IMG/VR virus record: IMGVR_UViG_3300017912_000085
Location: 1-25,921 of that record
Length of the DNA: 25,921 nucleotides
Strand: one strand, 5' to 3'
From: a virus
Lineage: Duplodnaviria; Caudoviricetes
Both the position numbers and the translations under genes were made by a program. Below, in pieces: positions 16,501-24,800 of this stretch. The notes below the pieces were generated by a model. The model ran no database searches. It saw only the letters and a list, made by a program, of their open reading frames with translations, and was not told where the DNA came from. How positions within the stretch are numbered: position 1 is the stretch's first letter; each line of letters begins with the position of its first letter.

Positions 16501-16920
16501 TTTTATGCCTAGTTTTATACCCTGTTGAGCCGCTAAAGCACCTGCTTTACCCGCACCAAATGAGAACATGCCTGCATACGTAGATGGGGCAGTAAATACT
16601 CCAGCAGCGTAATCCCCAAGAGCAGTCATGCCTAACTCACTATCCATCTTATCAAAGGTGTCCATTAGTCTGCCCATTCGTTCACGACCTTCATCGTCTG
16701 TATCTTGAGCATAGTTAAGGTCTTTGAGTGCGGTTACTTCATTAACATTCTGAAAACGAAAATGCTGCATAAATGCATCATAGACTTGTTCATTAGTAGA
16801 TAGTTCATTAGGCTCATAACCACCTCTATCTATTAAAAAGTCACTTGCATCGTCAATAAAGTCCTCTTCTTGTAAAAGAACGTCTTTATTTAATTCTTCA
16901 TAATGATTATACAGTGCCAT
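13591..16920 (-). CDS. Large putative internal virion (ejection/core) protein, 1109 aa
   Basis: Size, helical composition, Gly/Ala hydrophobic stretches and terminal position in the virion arm. Function is inferred. Confidence 0.6.
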   Translation of the reverse strand: MALYNHYEELNKDVLLQEEDFIDDASDFLIDRGGYEPNELSTNEQVYDAFMQHFRFQNVNEVTALKDLNYAQDTDDEGRERMGRLMDTFDKMDSELGMTALGDYAAGVFTAPSTYAGMFSFGAGKAGALAAQQGIKLGIKEAIKRGGMRSALASTAIDAPVAAGTVAAQEETRVQTGIKDEIDMSNVALAAGLSTVASGGIGLATGTKRALTENQAELLAEQTMTAYRAKVTAANKKAVKTLTDPKTSKTGKQFVKDAVESLEAELVEMAQKKKKVSRKLPLAETIPEELIKGEKIRLKNIKSKHKTLEQMEIENIASAASKLDDAIIPIVGKGGREEAFTSRLVRGLMAANEKEQEAFKSILKEHNLTFDQLAPVFAAEISRAGKVLQAAGVAQQKKSFDELFTMLNNYDNAMQRTGLDIVDNEGKAVSMSGARDALEKAQKGQFDGAFTKSFNVVRHLDKARVGMMTVQASTTIRNTTNGYMRNYVYALDNLGASLVNVTKGGFKGMVSATNKELREAAMADVRLGIGQLKTGVQSARLKDMVLGTESVDTATLFRFLGDAKFGNKKVMEQLFRGMGDIGNLTGSEGGLIALARGANYLNTMSDNMFKRAIFSREVDKALVANPITAVDATGKTITINSLNQAMKTGNFKLIDDSVFAKAMDEAFEFTYQTGKFKGREGGFNTFFSGVIGFGSEVGGSLVIPFPRYMVNQFRFFYEHAPILGSVNLLGILNKPGGKAGKRGAIVTDAETLGKQFTGAALIGVFAALRANQGDETTGPYEYIDPTTGSIVDARASLGPFSGFALIADMLYRYAGKGSIPQWHDNTKVSTAVQWNSRELVQAFTGGQGRAGTGLQIVDGLVNIGLESSDEVAEQAVIERMARFAGTSFGTFLVPAGMFKDALASVDPEHRKLADNTDIDLFEYMLKQAAKPLPVAPDEEGRARLASPTRSGGVRRFNPFIKQITGFNPLQRRTAIERELDRLQFDYMEIAPRKIRLDAPMSNELREQMGDFVEDRLFNFMRSAEYKNQPTDKLKRIAMQNKIKTLKAEARARILNIDRAETKEEQLRIARAKYNNLPTKQRTKLDELYKQKYPMGNGIVRDQAYWFMSD

Positions 16921-16921
16921 T

Positions 16922-18436
16922 TTATCTACTCAGTTCCGCTTCTAATTCTGATTCTGTATAAGGCTGATTTGTTGTAGGATTTTTTGCCTTCGCTGCAGTT
17001 AATGATCGCAGAAGTTTGGCAACAACTTGTTTTTGCTTTACTGGATCTGCTGCTGCTTGTCTATAAGCTAATTTTCTTTGGTTTATAGTGTCAATAACAT
17101 TTTGTTGTAAATTCGTAACTGACGATGATGTTACTGCACTTGACGTGGACGAAGATGCACCAGATGCACCAGATGCAGGGGCTGATTGTGTCGGTGGCGG
17201 TCCGGGGAATACTTTATCTCCAACTTTATCTTTTAGTTCATCGTTTATAAGTCTAACTGTATTTCCATCTGGATCAGTAAACTCGAAAGGATCTTCATCA
17301 TCAGGATCTGCTGGATCAAGACCTACATATCTAAATGTCGTATTTTGCTCAACAGCTTTTCTAATAGCGTTACTGATAGCAGAAGGCTCTACACCGTTTC
17401 TTGAAGCCTTGTTTATTTCAGGTATTAGCACAGCAGTAGCGTTTGCTATTTCGTTTTGAGCAAGTGCGCTTAGTCCAGCACCAGTCCACTGATTTCCTTG
17501 ATCTGCCGTATCTTGCCAATTTGATTTATCTAACAAAGCATATTTAGTAGCAATTTTAGAAGCTATAGTTCTTTCATAAGATTTAATTTCATCTTTAGTA
17601 AGTGGTCCTATTAATTTTAAACCCGCTGCTATTTCTGCCTCTTTTCTAGCTTGAACATTCATTAAATCCTGTTCAGAATGTGCTGCAGCCTCTTCAACTT
17701 CCAGTGCTTTCTTTTCGGTAGCACTTGTATTTGGATCATTCGCTTTTTTAATTAGTCTGTTTCTAACAGTTTGTAGAAATGCGACCTGATTTTGTGCATT
17801 ATCTGTGCTATATATCTGCCACTCATATAAACCACGTGCTTTTATTTCAGGAATATCTGTTATGACAGCAGCTTCAGGATCTATACCAGATGCTGCTAAG
17901 TCTGCTGCTGATCTCTTTTTAAGTGCGCCTTGACCATAGCCAAAAAGTGTGCTTGCTATACCAATGCCGGGATCACCAAAGTCTGATATGTCGGGTATGC
18001 CGCGTGAAGGTGTAACATATTTAGCCAAGTCAAGCGCAGTCACTGTGCCGCCAGAAGCCTTTTCTATACCTACGTATTCAGGTATATCTATCGTACCACC
18101 AGCTAATTTTTTCTTTTTTACTAATTCTTCAGCTATAGTTTTTGCTCCACTAAGACCATTTTCTTGTATGAGATAAGCAGCGGTTTCAATGCCACCCACT
18201 TGTTTAGCCATATCTTTTATTGCGGCTAAATTTTCTCTCAAATCAGCATCATCTAACTCTTGATTTCTAAGAGCCTGCGTTAAACGAAGCTGTGCCAAAC
18301 GACTTACGTTTTCATCCGTCTTATCCATGCTATCTTTTAGTTGTTCATTAACACCTGTAGCAATTCCTTGTATGATGTCCTTAGATTTAAATTGACCTAA
18401 ACCTATTGCTTTTCCCAAACTACCTAAAATTGCCAT
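16922..18436 (-). CDS. Putative internal virion protein, 504 aa
   Basis: GGAGG RBS, TAATG coupling, amphipathic Gly-rich N-terminus, Pro/Ser/Ala linker near the C-terminus. Confidence 0.55.
   Translation of the reverse strand: MAILGSLGKAIGLGQFKSKDIIQGIATGVNEQLKDSMDKTDENVSRLAQLRLTQALRNQELDDADLRENLAAIKDMAKQVGGIETAAYLIQENGLSGAKTIAEELVKKKKLAGGTIDIPEYVGIEKASGGTVTALDLAKYVTPSRGIPDISDFGDPGIGIASTLFGYGQGALKKRSAADLAASGIDPEAAVITDIPEIKARGLYEWQIYSTDNAQNQVAFLQTVRNRLIKKANDPNTSATEKKALEVEEAAAHSEQDLMNVQARKEAEIAAGLKLIGPLTKDEIKSYERTIASKIATKYALLDKSNWQDTADQGNQWTGAGLSALAQNEIANATAVLIPEINKASRNGVEPSAISNAIRKAVEQNTTFRYVGLDPADPDDEDPFEFTDPDGNTVRLINDELKDKVGDKVFPGPPPTQSAPASGASGASSSTSSAVTSSSVTNLQQNVIDTINQRKLAYRQAAADPVKQKQVVAKLLRSLTAAKAKNPTTNQPYTESELEAELSR
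17153..17177. repeat. In-frame 9-bp tandem repeat (AGATGCACC x about 2.8) encoding ASGASGAS
   Basis: Read directly. Lies in the low-complexity linker of the 504-aa protein. Confidence 0.7.
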
Positions 18437-18939
18437 TATTTATTCCTCCGCGCCATAAGACCTACGGGTTCTTCCTTAACACTAACCTCTGCTACTTCAA
18501 CAGGGGCTTCAGGCTCACTTTCCTGTTCAGCTTGCTCTTGCTTAAATTTAAGAACTGCCCTATTTATTGCAGCCTTGCTTGGTTCTTTTGTGTCCTCTAA
18601 ACCTGTTTTATATTCTATATCTGCACTATCAGCTATAAGCATCATAAACTCTACCAGCACAGGAGAAACTAGAACCCCTATGTCTGCGCTGTGTATACCT
18701 TCCATGATGCTAGTTAGGCTCATTACATCTGCTATTGTAGTAACAGGAACACCCATTTCTAATGTAGATATTAGCTTTTGTGAAAACTCATCTGTAGACA
18801 TTCTCTCTATGTAATAGTCAACAGTGTCCTCAACAGTAGAAAAACGAGGCGGGTTTTGCCACGGCCTCGCACCCAACTCTGCCACAAGACTCATGCCGGG
18901 GATAGGAGCATCAAAACTTTGTTCATCATTCATCATCAT
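18436..18939 (-). CDS. Hypothetical virion-module protein, 167 aa
   Basis: AAGGTG RBS, FDAPIPGMSL...PWQNPP N-terminus, acidic stretch then GLMARR at the end. Confidence 0.8.
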   Translation of the reverse strand: MMMNDEQSFDAPIPGMSLVAELGARPWQNPPRFSTVEDTVDYYIERMSTDEFSQKLISTLEMGVPVTTIADVMSLTSIMEGIHSADIGVLVSPVLVEFMMLIADSADIEYKTGLEDTKEPSKAAINRAVLKFKQEQAEQESEPEAPVEVAEVSVKEEPVGLMARRNK

Positions 18940-19152
18940 TTATGTCACCTTATTTTTCTTAGGATTTAATTTTCTAATACTAGATACATATTTAGCAATG
19001 CGCACCCCCGGCTCATTAAAATTAGCCATGTTGTTTCTATTAGAAACGCGAGTAGGAGTCAGTAAACCAGTTGGTTTTGGTTCATTGCTTTCATCTAAAA
19101 ACGATAAATCTTGATACTGCGCGTAAACGCTTCTTGAAGTTTTAGTGTCCAT
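18940..19152 (-). CDS. Hypothetical protein, 70 aa
   Basis: Fills the gap between two co-oriented genes. AGGT upstream. Confidence 0.65.
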   Translation of the reverse strand: MDTKTSRSVYAQYQDLSFLDESNEPKPTGLLTPTRVSNRNNMANFNEPGVRIAKYVSSIRKLNPKKNKVT

Positions 19153-19164
19153 TTTTATTATTAC

Positions 19165-21033
19165 CTATTTAAATGCCGCACCTATAAATGCCGATCCTAA
19201 TGTTCCAATTAAGTCACCAACAGCTACACCTGCAGCAGAAGATGATTGTTCTTTTGCAATGTTTGCTCTTGCATCTGCATCTATTTTAGCTGTTGCTAAT
19301 GTAGTAACCCTGTCTAATTCATTTTCTGCAGACTTCCATGCCCATTCCATCGTGTCAGCATAATAACTCCACAGATTGTCATATGCTGTTTTACTTATGT
19401 CAAGCACCGCCGCTGCATTAAGTTCATTGGCACGATTAATAGCTGCTGTATCTGCTGTAGCAATTTGTCTACGCCACTGTGCATTAAACTGTGATATCAC
19501 AAGCTGATTCTGTGCGTTGAACTGATCTCGTTGATTGTTAAGTTCTGCGTTAAATCTATTCACTGTGTTAATTTGACCAGCATTGAACTGCTCTTGTGCA
19601 TTTTGCTGTGTTGCATTAAACTGAGATGTTTGAGAAGCCAGATTAGCAAAGAACTGATCAACCTGATTTTGTGAAGCTGCATTAAATTGTGCTGCAGCGT
19701 TTGTAGCAGCTTGGTCAGTAAACATAGCTTGCACACGTTGTTGCGCACGGAACAATTCAGTTTGCTGTAGATTAGATAAATTAGCCATATCAACTTGCAA
19801 AAAGTTTTGTGCGTTTTGTACAGCAGCTTGTTGACGATTATTAAGATTAGCAGTATCTAGCTGTGCTAGTGCAGCAGCTTCAGCCATTACAAGAGCCTGT
19901 GCGTTAGATAGATTTTGTAAATTCATCGTATTAGCTATACGAGAGTTTTCTAGCTGAACCTGTTGCTCTGCTGTAAAGTTCTGATTAGCTATATCACTAA
20001 TCTTTGCAGCATTCATTACCTTCATTTGGAAGGCTTGATCAAACTCCATGCCCACAAACTTGGCACGTTGCTCTGCAGCCAGCATAGCGGCTTGTTGTCT
20101 GTTAGATAAGTTTTGTGACTCAAACTGTGCAATAGTCTTTGCGTCTGCCATTGCAATAGGCATTGCAGACTCCATAGCAGCCTGTACAACGGCCTGACCA
20201 GCAAGAGATGATGCACCTAGCCCTCGTGCAGCCATAGCCGATGTAGCGGCTCTCATGGCTCCTGCAGCCCATGCTGGTGTAGCACCCCCAGCAAAGTCTT
20301 GCATTAATCCATCAAGCTGTGTAGCCACCATAGCCTGTGCTGATGGATTAGCTTGTGCAGCAGCAGCATCTGTTTGCGCTGTTACTGCAGCAGCTTTTGC
20401 TGCGTCAACTCCTGTGCCACTGATAAGTTCGCCCTGCTGGATTTGTCTTTGCACAGGATTGTTAATTAAAATAGCATTACCTTGCGCTGCTTGTACATTA
20501 CCTACTGAACTTTGTGTTTGTTGCGCTGCTGTTATTTGTAAATTTGGATCGTTTGGATCTGACTGTGCAGCTTGTGTAGCTGAAACAACAGCATCTACAT
20601 CAGCAGCAGCAGTATCTGCTTGAAACGTATTAGCACCTGTCTGCGTAGGCATTGTTGCTGTAGTAGTACCTGCTGTAGATGTAGGCACCTGTACACTGCC
20701 TGTAAGTGTTCCTGTGCCTTGTGCAACTTCTTGACTAGAATCAGTGGGAGTTAATACTGCTTGCGTCACACCACCTTCTGGTACAACTGGGTCCATAGCT
20801 TGTTGAACGCTATACTCTTGTATGTTCTGTGGCTGGGTAGTACCACCAGTCTGCATCTTAACCACACCACCTTTAGCCATCTGCACGGCTTTGTTTGTAT
20901 AGTCATTCATCTTCTGCTGTCGCATAGGGTCTTGTGCAAGGAAGTTTTGGAACCCTTGCATATTACCTTGATAGCCCATAGACCGTGCTATCTTCTCCAT
21001 GCCACTAGGCTTAAACGCTTTAAACATTGCCAT
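19165..21033 (-). CDS. Gln/Ala/Asn-rich putative DNA-transfer (pilot/ejection) protein, 622 aa
   Basis: Long 11-residue periodic helix (NLSN and QFNA repeats), Gly/Ala hydrophobic C-terminus, AAGGA RBS. Confidence 0.65.
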   Translation of the reverse strand: MAMFKAFKPSGMEKIARSMGYQGNMQGFQNFLAQDPMRQQKMNDYTNKAVQMAKGGVVKMQTGGTTQPQNIQEYSVQQAMDPVVPEGGVTQAVLTPTDSSQEVAQGTGTLTGSVQVPTSTAGTTTATMPTQTGANTFQADTAAADVDAVVSATQAAQSDPNDPNLQITAAQQTQSSVGNVQAAQGNAILINNPVQRQIQQGELISGTGVDAAKAAAVTAQTDAAAAQANPSAQAMVATQLDGLMQDFAGGATPAWAAGAMRAATSAMAARGLGASSLAGQAVVQAAMESAMPIAMADAKTIAQFESQNLSNRQQAAMLAAEQRAKFVGMEFDQAFQMKVMNAAKISDIANQNFTAEQQVQLENSRIANTMNLQNLSNAQALVMAEAAALAQLDTANLNNRQQAAVQNAQNFLQVDMANLSNLQQTELFRAQQRVQAMFTDQAATNAAAQFNAASQNQVDQFFANLASQTSQFNATQQNAQEQFNAGQINTVNRFNAELNNQRDQFNAQNQLVISQFNAQWRRQIATADTAAINRANELNAAAVLDISKTAYDNLWSYYADTMEWAWKSAENELDRVTTLATAKIDADARANIAKEQSSSAAGVAVGDLIGTLGSAFIGAAFK

Positions 21034-21036
21034 TGT

Positions 21037-21267
21037 TTAGTCCTTTTGTAATGCTCTATCTAATTTATCTTCGACACGGTGCAACGCTTCCATAACACGT
21101 GACATATCTTCACGTAATTCGTTTTTCGTTGCATAATCTTCACGTGTCCTGTTTAATAATATGTCTATGCGTTTTACCTCTGCCATCAATGACCTAAACA
21201 TCCAGAACGCAGGTGCAATTACCAACGTAAGAATGATGTTCCAAAACATGATGCTAGATATTTCCAT
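21037..21267 (-). CDS. Small membrane protein (N-terminal TM plus coiled coil), 76 aa
   Basis: Hydrophobic IMFWNIILTLVIAPAFWMF followed by a charged heptad helix. Confidence 0.75.
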   Translation of the reverse strand: MEISSIMFWNIILTLVIAPAFWMFRSLMAEVKRIDILLNRTREDYATKNELREDMSRVMEALHRVEDKLDRALQKD

Positions 21268-21269
21268 GA

Positions 21270-21836
21270 CTAAATCTCGTCAGGCCAATCATTAATTTTT
21301 GCTACGGCAGTTACATTGCCATCACTATCTACTGTATCTTCAAATAATGCCATAAAAGCTGCTAAGTCTGCTGCACCATTTAAAGCTGTTTCTATCGCTG
21401 CACATTTAGTACGAACTGCATCTCTATACGTAGTTACTGAACTAGGTATTGCAGTTGACTTTTCTGTTTTACGTGTAACATACCAATCATGCACTGCAAG
21501 TTTTTCATTTGCTGTGCGTTTTGTTTGCGCAACCCATACTGTTTTTAGTCCGGGTGTTACAATCTGATTACCGTCAACATCGTTTACAGGATTTCCATCC
21601 GCATCTACTTCATTTACATCTATAAGGCTCTTTGGAATTAACGTGCCATCAAGTTGTCTACCATGATAAAATCTGTTATCAAACGGTTGAGTTACAGGAT
21701 TATCTTCCCATACGATACCATACCGTGTTTTAGATGCGTCAGAATATCGCATCCATGTTTTTGGATGCATCCTATTCTCACTGTCTGTCCAAGCCTTTCC
21801 CGGCGTTAATACTTGTAATCCATGTTTCCACGGCAT
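21270..21836 (-). CDS. Putative tail-fibre assembly chaperone
   Basis: LAVHDW...YRDAVR...DWP C-terminal pattern, directly downstream of the tail protein, AGGAG RBS. Confidence 0.65.
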   Translation of the reverse strand: MPWKHGLQVLTPGKAWTDSENRMHPKTWMRYSDASKTRYGIVWEDNPVTQPFDNRFYHGRQLDGTLIPKSLIDVNEVDADGNPVNDVDGNQIVTPGLKTVWVAQTKRTANEKLAVHDWYVTRKTEKSTAIPSSVTTYRDAVRTKCAAIETALNGAADLAAFMALFEDTVDSDGNVTAVAKINDWPDEI

Positions 21837-21847
21837 TCTATATTCTC

Positions 21848-24800
21848 CTATCGTGCATTAGCAAATTTAAATGGGGCTTCAGCAAAAGCGAGGTAAAAGT
21901 AGGTGTGCGAACTATTATTGAAATTAGTAGATGACCTACGGAACTTTAGCCCATTACTAACAAAGTCTACATCGTCATCCGTTTGTTCAGTAGATGAAGC
22001 AATTCTCAAAAGATTATTATCAACATTGTACCCTAAACGCTTTGAGTCAAAAATGCAGGTATTTGTACCTGAACTGGTTGACTTTATCAAAACCCATGCT
22101 GGCCTAAAACCTAAATAGACAAACGTGCCATCTGTAGAGGAATTACCCACATACGAGCCTATGTTACAATAACCTTCAACGCTATGAAAACAGTAGGCTA
22201 TGTGTTTTTTTGTGCTTTCATTTAATTGATTGTTAGTGCCTATGCTAAAGACGCTTGATGTAGGTGCTGTACTATTCCATATAGCACTTACGCCCGTTGT
22301 TGTACCATTTGTTAGGTTAAGTTGTATGTAATTAGCCCAACCACCTAAATCATCATGACCGACAGGCCAATCTCTGGAAGCACTATCTCTATTTCTAACT
22401 ATAATCATTTCTGGCGCACTAGACAGGCCATGACCAACGGTGGCATTGGAACCTGTGCCAGTGTAAGACACTATGCTAAACCCTGAATCCTGACTAGCCG
22501 ACACAACAGACTGTATAGAACCTTTTACATTAGTAGATCCGTGCGTTTCTGTAGTGTTAGCTTGTCCACCCATACCGCTATGTACATTACAATAGTAGTA
22601 CAGGGTTGGCGCACCATGTGCAACAGTTATAACTGTTTTTGCACCAGATGAACCCGGCGTTCCTGAAGTCGTTACACCTACTGTATATTCTGAACCGCCA
22701 CCGTGTGTTCCGTCTGACGTAGTAGAAAAACGTAGTGGGTGTCCTGAGTTACTACTATCCGATTGATCAAATGTGTATGTGCCACCTTCTTGTAAACTTA
22801 ATGTTATTGCACTCGTGCCAAAATCATCAAACCTGTATTTATTACCACTGTCGGATACGACTTTTACTGTATATGTTTGTGTAGGGGATATACCTCCTGC
22901 TTTCCAAGTCCACGCTACATTAGTAACACCATCTTGATTTATACCTGTGCTTGATCCAACAGTAAAACCTTGATTATCAAAAGATTGCACCTGTGTAATA
23001 TCCGTAACTTCAGCGGCAGTACTTTGTGCTTGTACGTATTTGTGAACACCTCTTACAGTATCAAAGAAAAAGTGTCCACTTGTGCTACTACGTTCTTTAA
23101 TCCAAAGCCAATCAGGACTAGCTATACCTTCTACTGGAATGTTGTCATCTACTAGCGCAAGATAACCTGAAGGTGGTGTATCATAAAATGTTCCTCTACC
23201 ATTATCATCTGCTGCTGCTGCACTACCACTTGTTTTTAAACCTGCAAATGTATCATCTTGTCCAAAATTAGCTATGTGAAAACAGTTAGACTCAGATGCT
23301 ATGGCAAATCTAAATGGACCTTTTACTCCACTAAAAGCAGGAGTGCCAGAGTTTTGAACTGTGCCATTCTTACTAAACGAAATTTCACCATCATCAGCAT
23401 TAATTAAAACACCAATAACATCACCAGAACCATCGGCGGCGGTTGTATAACTATCTCCATAGCTAGTGTATGATGCGTTGTTTACTTTACGTCCATCAAA
23501 ATAATATCCGTAAGTATAACTATCCTGACCCATATATCTATTTGAGCCGGGAATTGTTTCTCCTGCTATTACACCTACACCGCTGTTACCTGTGTCTAAT
23601 AAAAACTCTGCATACCATTTGCCAGTGGTCACTTTAAAAGTTGAATACGCTTGAGCAAAAGAACTACTTGTTCTTTCTGCCTTTAAATTACCTTCTGAAA
23701 AAGTAAGAGTTGTTCCAGATGGATTGTTAGGATCAAAAGTAGCAAAGTTTTGTGTAGGGCTATCAATCGTTACATCTGTTGCGGCAGTATTAGTTGCAGT
23801 AAAGTCATTGGTATTACCGCTTTCGTCATCACCAATAGCAGAACTATCCGCAAAATCTAAATAAAATCCTTCATCACCATAAGCTATGCCGGATACAGTT
23901 TTTGGAATCCAGTAGCCGTTAGAACCAACTTGACCAAAATAAGTATAATCATATGTTGTTCCTTCAGTCACATGAACTTCAGCATAGTAACCATCACCAT
24001 ATGTTGAACCGCCATCAAAATTTATTCTGTGAGTTATACCGCTTTTAAACCAAGCAGCAAAAACTGCATTTTGTGTAGGATAACCACCGCCAGATGTGTC
24101 TAAAGTTTGTAAATTACCATCTACCCAAACTTTAATTCTGTCTGTGTTTGTTGCTTGAGTAGTATCTATATTAACACATATATGATACCATTTACTTGCA
24201 TCTTTAAATGTCATATTTGTTTGAACTATAGCAGTAGATGTTGAACCAAGTATAACTTGTAATTTATGATTTGTTGGTTCGATCCAAATAGAATCGTACT
24301 GACTATCTACAGCTTGAAACATAAGTTGATACTTACTTGTACTTCCTCTTTTTATCCAACCTGAATAGGTCATTATTTTTGTGTCGCCATTAGCACCCGG
24401 TTGGTAACTTAAAAGTGAACTATCGGCACTATTAAACTTTAAACTATTTGCAATAGTTATCGTGTCTTGTGGATGCTGTGCGCCACCTGCACCAATATGT
24501 TGTTCTGCACCAGTGCCTGTATAAAGCATAGTTTCAAAGTAATCGTCAGCCTGTTCGCTTTGTCCGGGGCCGATTGCTGGCTCTGGTAGGTTGGCTGAAC
24601 ATAGGGCTAAAAAGCCAGTAGGCGGCTGGTTAAAGAAATCTCCGTTGCCATTATCATCTGAATAGCCGCCAGATGTTTTGGTTCCAGCAAAAGAGCCATC
24701 TTGACCAAAATTAAAATATTTATTGCCTGTTGCTGTATCTGAAACAGCCGGAGCAAACGTATCTGTTGTTGACAGTGTGTCTATATTTCCTGTGCCAGCG

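Noticed and set aside
17065-17094. Minus-strand TTGACA-18-TAGCTT as a late promoter
   Set aside because: Poor -10 and non-optimal spacing, and it is an isolated case on this strand.
18840-18869. Minus-strand hairpin CGAGGC...GCCTCG followed by T5, a possible terminator or attenuator
   Set aside because: It lies inside a coding region (ARPWQNPPRF), with a large irregular loop and a short U tract.
128-23155. Many antisense and alternate-frame ORFs in the track (for example 876-1334, 5947-6498, 15695-16111)
   Set aside because: They are shadows of well-supported genes and show no recognisable motifs.
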